This document shows, in pieces, positions 38,956 to 48,227 of a DNA stretch of 64,000 nt (its first letter is position 1; every line of letters begins with the position of its first letter). Position numbers and translations under genes: made by a program. The notes below the pieces were generated by a model that worked only from the letters and a program-made list of their open reading frames with translations, was not told where the DNA came from and searched no databases. This stretch comes from an uncultured Bacilli bacterium (GTDB lineage: Bacteria; Bacillota_I; Bacilli_A; RF39; UBA660): the NCBI GenBank assembly GCA_934183185.1, contig CAKPSO010000003.1, positions 3,215-67,214 of the forward strand. Direction: 5' to 3'.

Positions 38956-39118
38956 ATTATCCCTCCTTTCTGCTCTAATACTACCCTAAACAAAAATTAA
39001 AAGCAAATCGCAGAAATTAAAAATTCTAGACAAAATAAAAGAGAAAAAAGAATTTTCCCTAGGAGAATTTTCATTTTTCTCATTAAAAAGTACCATAAAT
39101 AATTAAAAACATACAAAT

Positions 39119-40435
39119 TTAAATTTTTTTAAGTAATTGATTCAATTCTACTGCATATTCCATAGGTAATTCTTCTCTAAACTTCTCCAAGAAACCTAAA
39201 ATAATAAGTTCCATGGCTCTTTCTCTATCTATACCTCTACTCATTAAATAGAATAATTTATCTTCATTTATCTTTGAAACAGTAGCTTCATGCTCAATAC
39301 TACTACTAGTATTTAAAACTTCATTTACAGGAACTGTATCACTTTTAGAAAGATTATCTAAAATTAAAGTATCACATTTAACCATAGCTATACTATTATC
39401 TGCATCTTTACCAATAGATACTTTACCACGATATGTAGCATTACCACCATTCTTAGCAATACTCTTAGAAAGAATATTACTACGTGTATTTTTTCCAATA
39501 TGAATCATTCTAGCACCTGTATCTTGCTCCTGATGATTAGTAGCAACACTAATCGTAATACAAGTACCATTAGATCTATCACCCTTTAATACACAACATG
39601 GATATTTCATAGTGATGTTACTTCCAATATTACCATCAATCCATTCCATAGTACCATCAGTATCAACTAAAGCTCTCTTAGTAACTAAATTATTAACATT
39701 AGTAGCCCAATTTTGAATAGTACTATAACGGCATTTACTTCTTTTGCCAACATATATCTCAACTACTGCCGCATGCAAACTAGACTCACTATAATTAGGT
39801 GCAGTACACCCTTCAATATAATGAAGTTCACTATCATGATCAACTATAATTAATGTTCTTTCAAACTGTCCCATACTACGACTACTAATACGAAAATAAC
39901 TTTGAAGTGGGCGATCCAACTTAGTATAAGGTGGAATATAAATAAAACTACCACCACTAAATACTGAACCATTTAATGCCGCAAACTTATTTTCAATATT
40001 AGAAACAATTTTCCCAAAATACTTTCTAGCTATATCAGGATAATGTTTTAAACCATCTTCAATAGATGTAAAAATAATATTTTTCTTACGAAGTTCATCT
40101 ATCATATTATGGTAAATTACTTCACTCTCGTATTGAACACCCATTCCATCTAAATGATTTTCACTTTCTAATACTCCTAAATTATCAAGTTCATCACGAA
40201 TCTTCTTAGAAACGTCATCCCAATCACCAGTAATTTCTGAATTATTACTAACATCTTGTCCCTTGTAATAAATAACTTCATCAAAATTAATATCTATTTT
40301 AGGTCCAAATGAAGGTAATTCAATCTTATTAAAATAATCATAACTTTTCTTCCTATAGTCAAGAACCCATTTATCTTCTTTCTTAATATCAGAAATTTTC
40401 TGAATTGTATCACTACTAAGTCCTCTTAATTCCAT
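39119..40435 (-). CDS. sufB: Fe-S cluster assembly protein SufB
   Basis: 438 aa SufB/SufD-family beta-helix, last gene of sufCDSUB. Confidence 0.9.
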   Translation of the reverse strand: MELRGLSSDTIQKISDIKKEDKWVLDYRKKSYDYFNKIELPSFGPKIDINFDEVIYYKGQDVSNNSEITGDWDDVSKKIRDELDNLGVLESENHLDGMGVQYESEVIYHNMIDELRKKNIIFTSIEDGLKHYPDIARKYFGKIVSNIENKFAALNGSVFSGGSFIYIPPYTKLDRPLQSYFRISSRSMGQFERTLIIVDHDSELHYIEGCTAPNYSESSLHAAVVEIYVGKRSKCRYSTIQNWATNVNNLVTKRALVDTDGTMEWIDGNIGSNITMKYPCCVLKGDRSNGTCITISVATNHQEQDTGARMIHIGKNTRSNILSKSIAKNGGNATYRGKVSIGKDADNSIAMVKCDTLILDNLSKSDTVPVNEVLNTSSSIEHEATVSKINEDKLFYLMSRGIDRERAMELIILGFLEKFREELPMEYAVELNQLLKKI

Positions 40436-40455
40436 GATATCACCAACTTTTCTAT

Positions 40456-40875
40456 TTACATTTTATCAATTACTTTTTTCAATGATTCAAACGGTAAGAA
40501 AGCACACTTTTTACGATTAGGTTGTTTATAAATTTCATCATAAACATTTAACTCTCCAAGTATTTCCTTATCATATGGCTTTTCATCTAACATATTTTCA
40601 TACTGTGTTAATATCTGCAAAGCTTCTTCCCTACTTTTTCCAATAAGTAAACGAATCATAATACTAGTAGCACTAGTACTAATAGCACATGCTTCTCCAT
40701 CAAAATGAATATCTTTAATGATTCCATCTTCTAATTGATACTGTATATCCAAATTATCAATACAACTTTCATTATTAGTATTCAATGTAATAGAATTACT
40801 ATCATCTACTAAACCACGATTAAGTGGATTTTGATAATTATCTAGTATAATTTCTCTTCTTATATTAGGATCCAT
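40456..40875 (-). CDS. sufU: SUF system zinc-dependent sulfur-transfer protein SufU (NifU-like)
   Basis: 139 aa with GEACAIS and conserved Cys/Asp ligands. Confidence 0.85.
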   Translation of the reverse strand: MDPNIRREIILDNYQNPLNRGLVDDSNSITLNTNNESCIDNLDIQYQLEDGIIKDIHFDGEACAISTSATSIMIRLLIGKSREEALQILTQYENMLDEKPYDKEILGELNVYDEIYKQPNRKKCAFLPFESLKKVIDKM

Positions 40876-40885
40876 ATTATCACCT

Positions 40886-42079
40886 CTATAATATAATTTT
40901 AAATATATCTTTACTTTCTATTAGTGCCTTTACTAATTGATCAATTTCTTCCTTAGTATTATATAAATAAAAACTAATACGACATGTATTTTTAACATTT
41001 AAATCTTCTTTTAATATTTTAGCACAGTGATTACCAGCTCTAACACAAATATGATAATAATTTAAGTAAACAGCTGTATCTTGACTAAATACATCTTTAA
41101 TATTAAATGCTACTATTCCACCAGGAATATCTTTATTATATACTTCAATATTATCTATATCTTCAAGTTTTGAAACTAAATACTGTTTTAATTCCATTTC
41201 ATAAGCTTGAATTTTATCCATACCAATTTTATTTAAGTAATCGATAGCTGCCCCCATGCCAATCACGCCAGCAATATTAGGAGTACCAGCTTCAAGCCTA
41301 GATGGCAAGTTTTTATATTCTACTACACCAGTACTATCAAAACTAGTATTCATACCTCCACCTACACTAGTAGGATATAAATCTTCTAATAATTCTTCTT
41401 TTCCATAAAGAACGCCTACTCCTGTTGGGCCTAACATTTTATGAGCTGAAAAAGCTAGAAAATCTATATTTAATTCCTGCACATCTACTTTTCTATGGGG
41501 AACACTTTGAGCTCCATCAACTACAAAGTAAATACCTCTATTCTTACATATTTTACCAATATCATAAATAGGTCTAAGATCACCTAAAACATTAGTAACA
41601 TGTGCAAGTGATATAACTTTAGTTCTATCAGTAATACTATTAATAACATTATCAATAGTTACTAAATGATTATCAAGTGGAATATATTTTACTATAATCC
41701 CCATTTCTTTTTCTAACTCCAACCAAGGAAGTACATTAGAAGCATGTTCAGCTTTAGTAATTAAAACTTCATCTCCTGGCTTTAGTTTTCTTTTCATAAA
41801 ACCAAACACAACTCTATTTAAAGAATCAGTAGCACCAGCAGTAAATATAATTTCTCTACTATTATTAGCATTAATAAAATCTCTTACTTTGTCACGAACC
41901 CCTTCATACATAATATCTACTTTTAAACTATTATCATAGTCTCCCCTATGACTATTAGCAGTATACTTAGTATAGTATTCAACAACCTTATCAACTACAC
42001 ATTTAGGTTTCAAAGTAGTAGCCCCATTATCAAAATATATAATACCGGTATCTAATATTTCAAAATCATCACGATTCAT
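40886..42079 (-). CDS. sufS: cysteine desulfurase SufS
   Basis: PLP lysine SAHKMLGPTGVG and active-site Cys region RAGNHCA. Confidence 0.9.
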   Translation of the reverse strand: MNRDDFEILDTGIIYFDNGATTLKPKCVVDKVVEYYTKYTANSHRGDYDNSLKVDIMYEGVRDKVRDFINANNSREIIFTAGATDSLNRVVFGFMKRKLKPGDEVLITKAEHASNVLPWLELEKEMGIIVKYIPLDNHLVTIDNVINSITDRTKVISLAHVTNVLGDLRPIYDIGKICKNRGIYFVVDGAQSVPHRKVDVQELNIDFLAFSAHKMLGPTGVGVLYGKEELLEDLYPTSVGGGMNTSFDSTGVVEYKNLPSRLEAGTPNIAGVIGMGAAIDYLNKIGMDKIQAYEMELKQYLVSKLEDIDNIEVYNKDIPGGIVAFNIKDVFSQDTAVYLNYYHICVRAGNHCAKILKEDLNVKNTCRISFYLYNTKEEIDQLVKALIESKDIFKIIL

Positions 42080-42093
42080 ACTACCCCTCCCTT

Positions 42094-42825
42094 CTATATA
42101 TTATTAATCTTAGAAATAAACTTATCAGTCTCCTCCATAGATAATAACATTTTACCTACTAAAAAGGATTGTATTAATAATAAACGTGCCTTATCTTCAT
42201 CTATTCCTCTACTCATCAAATAAAACATATCATCACTAGAAAACGATCCAATATAAGCAGAATGTTCAGCTTCAACATCATAATTATCAATGAACAAATT
42301 AGGCAAAATTCTTGATAAATTAGCATAATCAGTAATAATTTTATTATCCTGTAAACAAACACATCCAAAACTTTCTTTACTAACTACCCCATTAACATCA
42401 AATATTAGTTTATGATTATCTAACACAAGTCCATTATTAATAAGAGAACTCTTAGTATCACTTTCTTCATGTAAAACTGTAAATTTAACTTTAGAATCCT
42501 TAGAAATAACAGTACTATAAATAAATTCTAAAACAGCACCTCTACCTGATAAAGAAATTCTAACATTATTATTACCATTAAAAATCAAACTATCAACACG
42601 TAAATTACTATTTTCATTTAAAATAATATTAAGATTAGTATTAACATTACTACCAAGTATCTTAACATGACAGTTAACATTATCATTAACCGTAATATTG
42701 ATATCATTTAAATAATCATTAAGTTCCAAATAAACATTACTATCTTCTTTAATAATAATATTTTTCTGTCCCAATAATTTAGCATCATCTACTATTTTAC
42801 CATTGTTCAATAATAGTTTATTCAT
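42094..42825 (-). CDS. sufD: SufD-like protein, unusually short (~243 aa)
   Basis: Positioned between sufC and sufS. C-terminal SufB/D-type segment (FYLMSRGIDEDKARLLLIQSF). About half the length of B. subtilis SufD. Confidence 0.7.
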   Translation of the reverse strand: MNKLLLNNGKIVDDAKLLGQKNIIIKEDSNVYLELNDYLNDINITVNDNVNCHVKILGSNVNTNLNIILNENSNLRVDSLIFNGNNNVRISLSGRGAVLEFIYSTVISKDSKVKFTVLHEESDTKSSLINNGLVLDNHKLIFDVNGVVSKESFGCVCLQDNKIITDYANLSRILPNLFIDNYDVEAEHSAYIGSFSSDDMFYLMSRGIDEDKARLLLIQSFLVGKMLLSMEETDKFISKINNI

Positions 42826-43582
42826 GAGTAGTAGTCCCACTTACATCATTCACACATTCAAAGCCATTTTCTTCTATTTGTTTAGCTAAACTACTCGAAC
42901 CAGTCTCAACAATCTTACCATCTTTCATAACATGAACATAATTAGGGTGAATATAATCTAAAATACGAGAATAATGAGTAATAATTAAAACTGAAGTATT
43001 AGGATTTTCTTTTAAATAATCATTAATATTATCACAGACAATTCTCAAACTATCTACATCAAGTCCAGAATCAAGTTCATCTAATATTATGAAACTAGGT
43101 TTTAAAATCTTTACCTGTAATATTTCATTTTTCTTTCTTTCTCCACCAGAAAAATCTTTATTAATAGAACGATGCATCATAGCAGGATCCATTTTTAATT
43201 CTTTCATGCCTTTTTCCATTAATTGAATAAACTGATAAATCCCGATACTATTACCAATTTTACTAGTAAGTGCAGTTTTCAAAAATTCACTATTACTAAC
43301 CCCATCTATACTTAATGGTGATTGCATAACTAGAAAAATACCCTTTCTACTACGTTCATCTACTTGAAGATTTAAAATAGATTCATCATTATATATAATA
43401 TCTCCACCAGTAACTATATAATCACTACTACCCATAATTACCTTAGATAAGGTACTCTTACCTACACCATTAGGTCCCATAATAGCATGAATACTACCAT
43501 CTTCAATAGTCAAAGAAAAATTATCAAGTATTTTCTTGTCATCCTTTGTAACTACATCTATATTATTAATTACTAAACTCAT
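42818..43582 (-). CDS. sufC: Fe-S assembly ATPase SufC
   Basis: Walker A GPNGVGKSTL, signature FSGGERKKNEIL. Confidence 0.9.
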   Translation of the reverse strand: MSLVINNIDVVTKDDKKILDNFSLTIEDGSIHAIMGPNGVGKSTLSKVIMGSSDYIVTGGDIIYNDESILNLQVDERSRKGIFLVMQSPLSIDGVSNSEFLKTALTSKIGNSIGIYQFIQLMEKGMKELKMDPAMMHRSINKDFSGGERKKNEILQVKILKPSFIILDELDSGLDVDSLRIVCDNINDYLKENPNTSVLIITHYSRILDYIHPNYVHVMKDGKIVETGSSSLAKQIEENGFECVNDVSGTTTHE

Positions 43583-43784
43583 AATCATCACCTATTCTAT
43601 AATATCATTAAAATATATTTCTTTAAAGCAGATATAGTATAACATAAAACAACATATTTTTCTTTAAAAAGATGAATAAAATATATTTTTTTATTTCAAT
43701 ATAATAGTGGATACTCGCTGTATTCACCAAAAATGCTTCGGCATTTTTTATTTTTATGATAAAATTAATTTGGAGAGTGATAAA

Positions 43785-44174
43785 ATGGATTGTTTATTTT
43801 GTAAAATTATTGAAGGTAGTATTCCTAGTAAAACTATTTATGAAGATGATATAGTTAAAGTATTTCTAGATATTAATCCCAATACTAATGGGCATTGTCT
43901 AGTAATACCTAAAAAGCATATTGTAACTATTGATGAAGCAGATGACGAGTTAATTAATCATATATTTAAAGTGATAAAAGAAATGCACAAAATACTAAAA
44001 GAAAAATTAAATATTGAGGGTTTGACTATATGCCAAAATAATAATCTTGGTCAAGAAGTAAAACATCTACATTTTCATTTAATTCCAAGATATAAAGTAG
44101 ATAATTGGAAATTAGAATTTAATCAAGAAGATCTTAAAAATATAGATGAAATATATAATATAATAACTAAATAG
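43785..44174 (+). CDS. HIT-family (Hint) protein
   Basis: MDCLFCKII..., histidine triad HLHFHLIP. GGAGAG RBS before the ATG at 43785. Confidence 0.85.
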   Translation: MDCLFCKIIEGSIPSKTIYEDDIVKVFLDINPNTNGHCLVIPKKHIVTIDEADDELINHIFKVIKEMHKILKEKLNIEGLTICQNNNLGQEVKHLHFHLIPRYKVDNWKLEFNQEDLKNIDEIYNIITK

Positions 44175-44182
44175 TTACATAG

Positions 44183-44212
44183 AAAAAGCAGGAACAAAAT
44201 CCTGCTTTTTTA
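44183..44212. terminator. bidirectional rho-independent terminator
   Basis: AGCAGGA-ACAAAA-TCCTGCT with A-run 5' and T-run 3'. Confidence 0.75.
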
Positions 44213-44332
44213 GCATGATACCCAAGCACCAAGGATAATGGCTAATAGAATATATAATACTATTATGATAACATAACCAGTACCGCAAGGTCTTTGAGAT
44301 TCACATGAAGTTTGAGCTTGCTGACAAGACAT
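44210..44332 (-). CDS. tiny transmembrane peptide, YjcZ-family-like (40 aa)
   Basis: GGAGG RBS. MSCQQAQTSCESQRPCGTGYVIIIVLYILLAIILGAWVSC. Missing from the ORF track (<60 aa). Confidence 0.6.
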   Translation of the reverse strand: MSCQQAQTSCESQRPCGTGYVIIIVLYILLAIILGAWVSC

Positions 44333-44349
44333 AATTACACCTCCTTAGA

Positions 44350-44430
44350 TTAAATCCATGCACCAAGAATAATTACTAATAAAATAAATAATACTAATAC
44401 GATAGCGGAACTTGATACGTAATTACCCAT
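44350..44430 (-). CDS. tiny transmembrane peptide, YjcZ-family-like (26 aa), paralog of 44210-44332
   Basis: GGAGG RBS. MGNYVSSSAIVLVLFILLVIILGAWI. Shares the ...VL(F/Y)ILL.IILGAW core with its neighbour. Confidence 0.6.
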   Translation of the reverse strand: MGNYVSSSAIVLVLFILLVIILGAWI

Positions 44431-44575
44431 AATTCAATTCCTCCTTTTTTTGATTACTCATAGTATTGTATGGAAAAATTAAAAAAAGGTTCATAGTATA
44501 AATGGAATTTTAACAGAAAATATTGTATTTTAGAGGGTAATTTGTTATGATAATAATTGTTAAAAGGAGGATAAA

Positions 44576-45550
44576 ATGAAAAAAATATTAATCAGCATGT
44601 TTGTAGTGCTTCTATGTGTTACAGGATGTGGAAAAATACCTAAATTAGAAAATGGTCAAGAAGCAGTAGTTACATTAAAAGGAGATAACATATCAGTAGA
44701 TTCCTTATATGAAGAAATGAAAGATAAGTATGCACTTAGTGTATTATTAGATATGGTAGATAAACAAATACTAAATGATAAATACAAAGATAGTGATGAA
44801 CAAAAGGAAAGTATTGAAGCTCAAATAAAAGCATGGACTACTCAATTTGGAAGTGAAAGTGCTCTACTACAAAAGACTTCATCTACTTGGGGTATTAATA
44901 CTATGGATGGATTAAGAGAATATTTAAAACTTCAATACAAGAGAAATTTAGCTATTGAAGATTATTCTAAATCAATAGTTACAGATGATGAAATCAATAA
45001 ATTCTATGATGAAAAAATATTTGGTGATATAACTGCAAGACATATTTTAATTGCTCCAGAAACTAATAGTAACATGACAGATTCAGAAAAGACTGCTGCT
45101 GAAGAGGAAGCATTAAAGAAAGCAAAAGAAATCATCACTAAATTAAATAATGGTGAAGATTTTGAACAGTTAGCTAAGGATAATTCTGATGATAAAGATA
45201 CTGCTAAAAAAGGTGGATTATTAAGCAAATTCACTCACGGTAGTATGACAGAGGAATTTGAAAATGCTGCTAAGAACCTTGAAGTTGGCAAATATACTAC
45301 TGAGCCTGTTAAAACAAGTTATGGATATCACATTATTTTAAAGGTAAGTCAAAAAGATAAACCTGAATTAAAAGTAGTAAAAGATGATATTATTGAAGAA
45401 ATAGCTAAAGATAAATTAAGTGAAGACACAACACTACAAGTAACTGCTCTTGAAGAATTAAGAAAAGACTACAAGATTGATATTCAAGATAAAAATCTTA
45501 AGAATCAATATGAAACATATCTAACTAATGCTAAAAAAAGTTCCAATTAA
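44576..45550 (+). CDS. prsA: foldase lipoprotein PrsA (PpiC-type peptidyl-prolyl isomerase)
   Basis: Lipobox LLCVTGCG. Parvulin domain ARHILIAP...GYHIILKV. Confidence 0.85.
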   Translation: MKKILISMFVVLLCVTGCGKIPKLENGQEAVVTLKGDNISVDSLYEEMKDKYALSVLLDMVDKQILNDKYKDSDEQKESIEAQIKAWTTQFGSESALLQKTSSTWGINTMDGLREYLKLQYKRNLAIEDYSKSIVTDDEINKFYDEKIFGDITARHILIAPETNSNMTDSEKTAAEEEALKKAKEIITKLNNGEDFEQLAKDNSDDKDTAKKGGLLSKFTHGSMTEEFENAAKNLEVGKYTTEPVKTSYGYHIILKVSQKDKPELKVVKDDIIEEIAKDKLSEDTTLQVTALEELRKDYKIDIQDKNLKNQYETYLTNAKKSSN

Positions 45551-45592
45551 TAAGTAACTAAAACGTGTATCGAAATAAAAATTGAACTTGTA

Positions 45593-45631
45593 AAAAAAAT
45601 GTAGACACATAAAACGGTCTACATTTTTTTG
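45593..45631 (+). terminator. rho-independent terminator after prsA
   Basis: ATGTAGAC-loop-GTCTACAT followed by T7. Confidence 0.75.
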
Positions 45632-45639
45632 TTATAATA

Positions 45640-45935
45640 AAATTGAAGGAGAAATATATCAAGAATCAGAAAAGAGCCAAATAGATATTTATCAAAAGAA
45701 GATAAGCAAAAAATTATTAATTAAGCATTATTAAATTGTAAATCAGTTGAACAAATTACCAAAGAATATGATATTTCAGGTGAAATACTTAAGTGATAGA
45801 TAATTAAATATAATAAAGAATGTTTAGATGAAATAATTTATGATCATAATTATTTTAGACCAAGTTATACATTAAATTATAAAACCCCAATTGAGTGTAA
45901 AACTCAACTAGGGTTTAAATAAATATTTTTTACTG
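45640..45935 (+). pseudogene. internally deleted IS3-family transposase remnant
   Basis: Translation gives an OrfA HTH-like ...LSKEDKQKII...KSVEQITKEYDISGEILK with stops. It is then joined to the OrfB C-terminal ...IYDHNYFRPSYTLNYKTPIECKTQLGFK*. Confidence 0.6.
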
Positions 45936-45983
45936 TCCACTTTTTATTGACAAGTTCAGTCCATATTCTGACGCAGGTTTATT

Positions 45984-47789
45984 TTATCCAATTACATATG
46001 GATCAGAACTAGTTCCAATTCCTTTAGATATTCCCGTATCAGCTTTTATATTTAAAACTGCTCGAAGGCGATTATTATCTCCAACACTAAAGTAATTGAT
46101 ATTACCAGTTGTATAGACATACCATACATATGAAATTGAGCCAGAGAATCCAGCGGGACTCATTGTCCAAAAATATGTATTTTTATTATATAAATAATAA
46201 TTATTATTGGATTTACCATAATATCCACCAGCATAAACCATTTCGTCATAGCTTAGTAATCCTACACTTGCATTTACCAGTCCTTTTCCATTCCCATCAG
46301 CTGTGCATTTAAAATCAGGAGTATAACTTGAATATAATGTCATTGTTGTACTTCCAGATGTCCAACTTGAATCATATTTAGCTTTTGCCTGCTCACAATA
46401 ATAATTACCACTTGCAACTATACTAGCTAAATCAGTTTTATTTCCTATATTTGTTTGATACCAATTTTCAAGTGATGATTTAACCTGACTATTTGAATAA
46501 TACATAGAACTATATTCGTAATAATTTAAATTATTAAATCTATAATTTGTATTACTATTAATTCCATCTTGCATTACTATTCTAGTAGTTCCGTCTTCAT
46601 TAACCCTAACTATTCTCCATATTTGTCCAGCAAAACTTACATAATTATTATCTACATTTCCTCTAAAGTAATAAGTAGGTTTTCCTGTATTTGTATCAAT
46701 TGATTTATATAATCCACTCTCGTCACTAGTATTATTACTAGAATTAGTTAGTGTAGGTTCTTTTTCAATTAATTTATTATCATTCATTATAGCATCAGTT
46801 AAATCTTTTAATTTAATTACGTATGGATCAGAGCTAGTTCCAATTCCTTTAGATATTTCAGTATCAGCTTTAAGATTAATAATAGGTCTAAGTGTAAGCA
46901 TACTATTAGTAACATATGCATAAATCCTTCCAGAATTATCAATGTGCCAAACTTGTGAATCTTGTGCATCTGATGAGTCAAATCCAGCCGGGCTCATCAT
47001 CCAAAAGAAATTCTTATTATATAAATAATAACTGTCATTAATTTTATAGTAGTAACCACCAGCATAAATTATTTCATCATAAGTTATTAAGCCAATCTTT
47101 GAATTTACTAAGCCTTTCCCATTACCATCATTACTACATTTAAAGTCCGGATTATAGTTATCATGCACAATCATAGAGGCATTACCAGAAGTCCAACTTG
47201 TTACTAGTTTTGATTTAGCAGCCTCACAATAATAACTACCTGATGCCACATGTCGATCTAATAAATTATTCTTCCCTATATTATTGCTGTACCAATTTTC
47301 CAAAGTTGCCTTAGCCTCACTATTTGAATAGTACATATTTAAATAATTATTATGAGTTGTATTAAACCTAAAAGTAGCATTACCATTTATACCATCCTGC
47401 ATAATTAATCTTATTGTTCCATCTTCATTAATTCTTACTATTCTCCATACTTGTCCAGCAAAGCTTACATAATTATTTTCTACATTTCCTCTAAAATAGT
47501 AGGTTGGTTCCCCAGTATTTGTATCAGTTGATTTATATAAGCCACTCTCATCACTGGTATTATTGGAAGAAGTAGTTAATGTAGGTTCCTTTTCTATCAA
47601 TTTGTTTTTCCTTAATACTATACTTCTTAAATTAGAAGTGCTAGCTACACTAGTAATCAAGCTATTTTCCACATTTCCCTTTTCTTCAAATGAAAAAAGA
47701 GCATATGAAAAAGAAAAAAGTAATATACTTATAGTTATACCAATACAACAACCAAAACAAATTAATATCTTTTTTATGTCATATTTCAT
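45984..47789 (-). CDS. secreted protein with SipW-cognate-type signal and two tandem copies of the ~270 aa unknown domain
   Basis: N-terminus ...LLFSFSYALFSFEEKGNVEN. Two repeats, each containing GLYKS(T/I)DTNTG(E/K)PTYYFRGNV(E/D)NNYVSFAGQ(V/I)WRIVR(I/V)NEDGT(I/T)R...KGIGTSSDPYVI. Confidence 0.6.
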   Translation of the reverse strand: MKYDIKKILICFGCCIGITISILLFSFSYALFSFEEKGNVENSLITSVASTSNLRSIVLRKNKLIEKEPTLTTSSNNTSDESGLYKSTDTNTGEPTYYFRGNVENNYVSFAGQVWRIVRINEDGTIRLIMQDGINGNATFRFNTTHNNYLNMYYSNSEAKATLENWYSNNIGKNNLLDRHVASGSYYCEAAKSKLVTSWTSGNASMIVHDNYNPDFKCSNDGNGKGLVNSKIGLITYDEIIYAGGYYYKINDSYYLYNKNFFWMMSPAGFDSSDAQDSQVWHIDNSGRIYAYVTNSMLTLRPIINLKADTEISKGIGTSSDPYVIKLKDLTDAIMNDNKLIEKEPTLTNSSNNTSDESGLYKSIDTNTGKPTYYFRGNVDNNYVSFAGQIWRIVRVNEDGTTRIVMQDGINSNTNYRFNNLNYYEYSSMYYSNSQVKSSLENWYQTNIGNKTDLASIVASGNYYCEQAKAKYDSSWTSGSTTMTLYSSYTPDFKCTADGNGKGLVNASVGLLSYDEMVYAGGYYGKSNNNYYLYNKNTYFWTMSPAGFSGSISYVWYVYTTGNINYFSVGDNNRLRAVLNIKADTGISKGIGTSSDPYVIG

Positions 47790-47899
47790 ATACTACCTAC
47801 TCTCCCATTATCATTGTCTATACAAAATATACACGATATCTCATGTACTGTCAATACATCAAATGTAATGTATGAAAAATGATATAAGAGAGTGAAAAT

Positions 47900-48124
47900 A
47901 TGGAAATAAAAAGATTAAAAGATCTACGTGAAGATAAATACCTATATCAAAAAGAAATAGCTAGTCTATTAAATACAACCCAACAAGTTTACAGTGAGTA
48001 TGAATTAGGAATACGCCTAATGCCTATTGATAAAATTAATATCTTAGCTGATTTTTATAAAACCTCTATAGATTATATAGTAGGTAGAACTGATGTAAAA
48101 GAACCATATCCCAAACGTAAATGA
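47900..48124 (+). CDS. small XRE-family HTH regulator (paralog of 31606-31851)
   Basis: LYQKEIASLLNTTQQVYSEYE HTH. C-terminal YKTSIDYIVGRTDVKEPYPKRK. Divergent from the duplicated-domain protein gene. Confidence 0.7.
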   Translation: MEIKRLKDLREDKYLYQKEIASLLNTTQQVYSEYELGIRLMPIDKINILADFYKTSIDYIVGRTDVKEPYPKRK

Positions 48125-48227
48125 TATTACACATAATTATTTTTTATAGACAAATAATATAAATCGTAGTATAATTTAGTACGGTTGATTCTTTAATATT
48201 AAAAAAGAAAGGAGTAAAAAGAATTAT

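Noticed and set aside
39040-39090. Repeated GAAAATTC...GGGAATTTTC-like motif (also at 55480-55510) considered as a dispersed repeat element
   Set aside because: Both copies are best explained as ordinary rho-independent terminators with similar AT-rich stems. Only two copies, in terminator positions.
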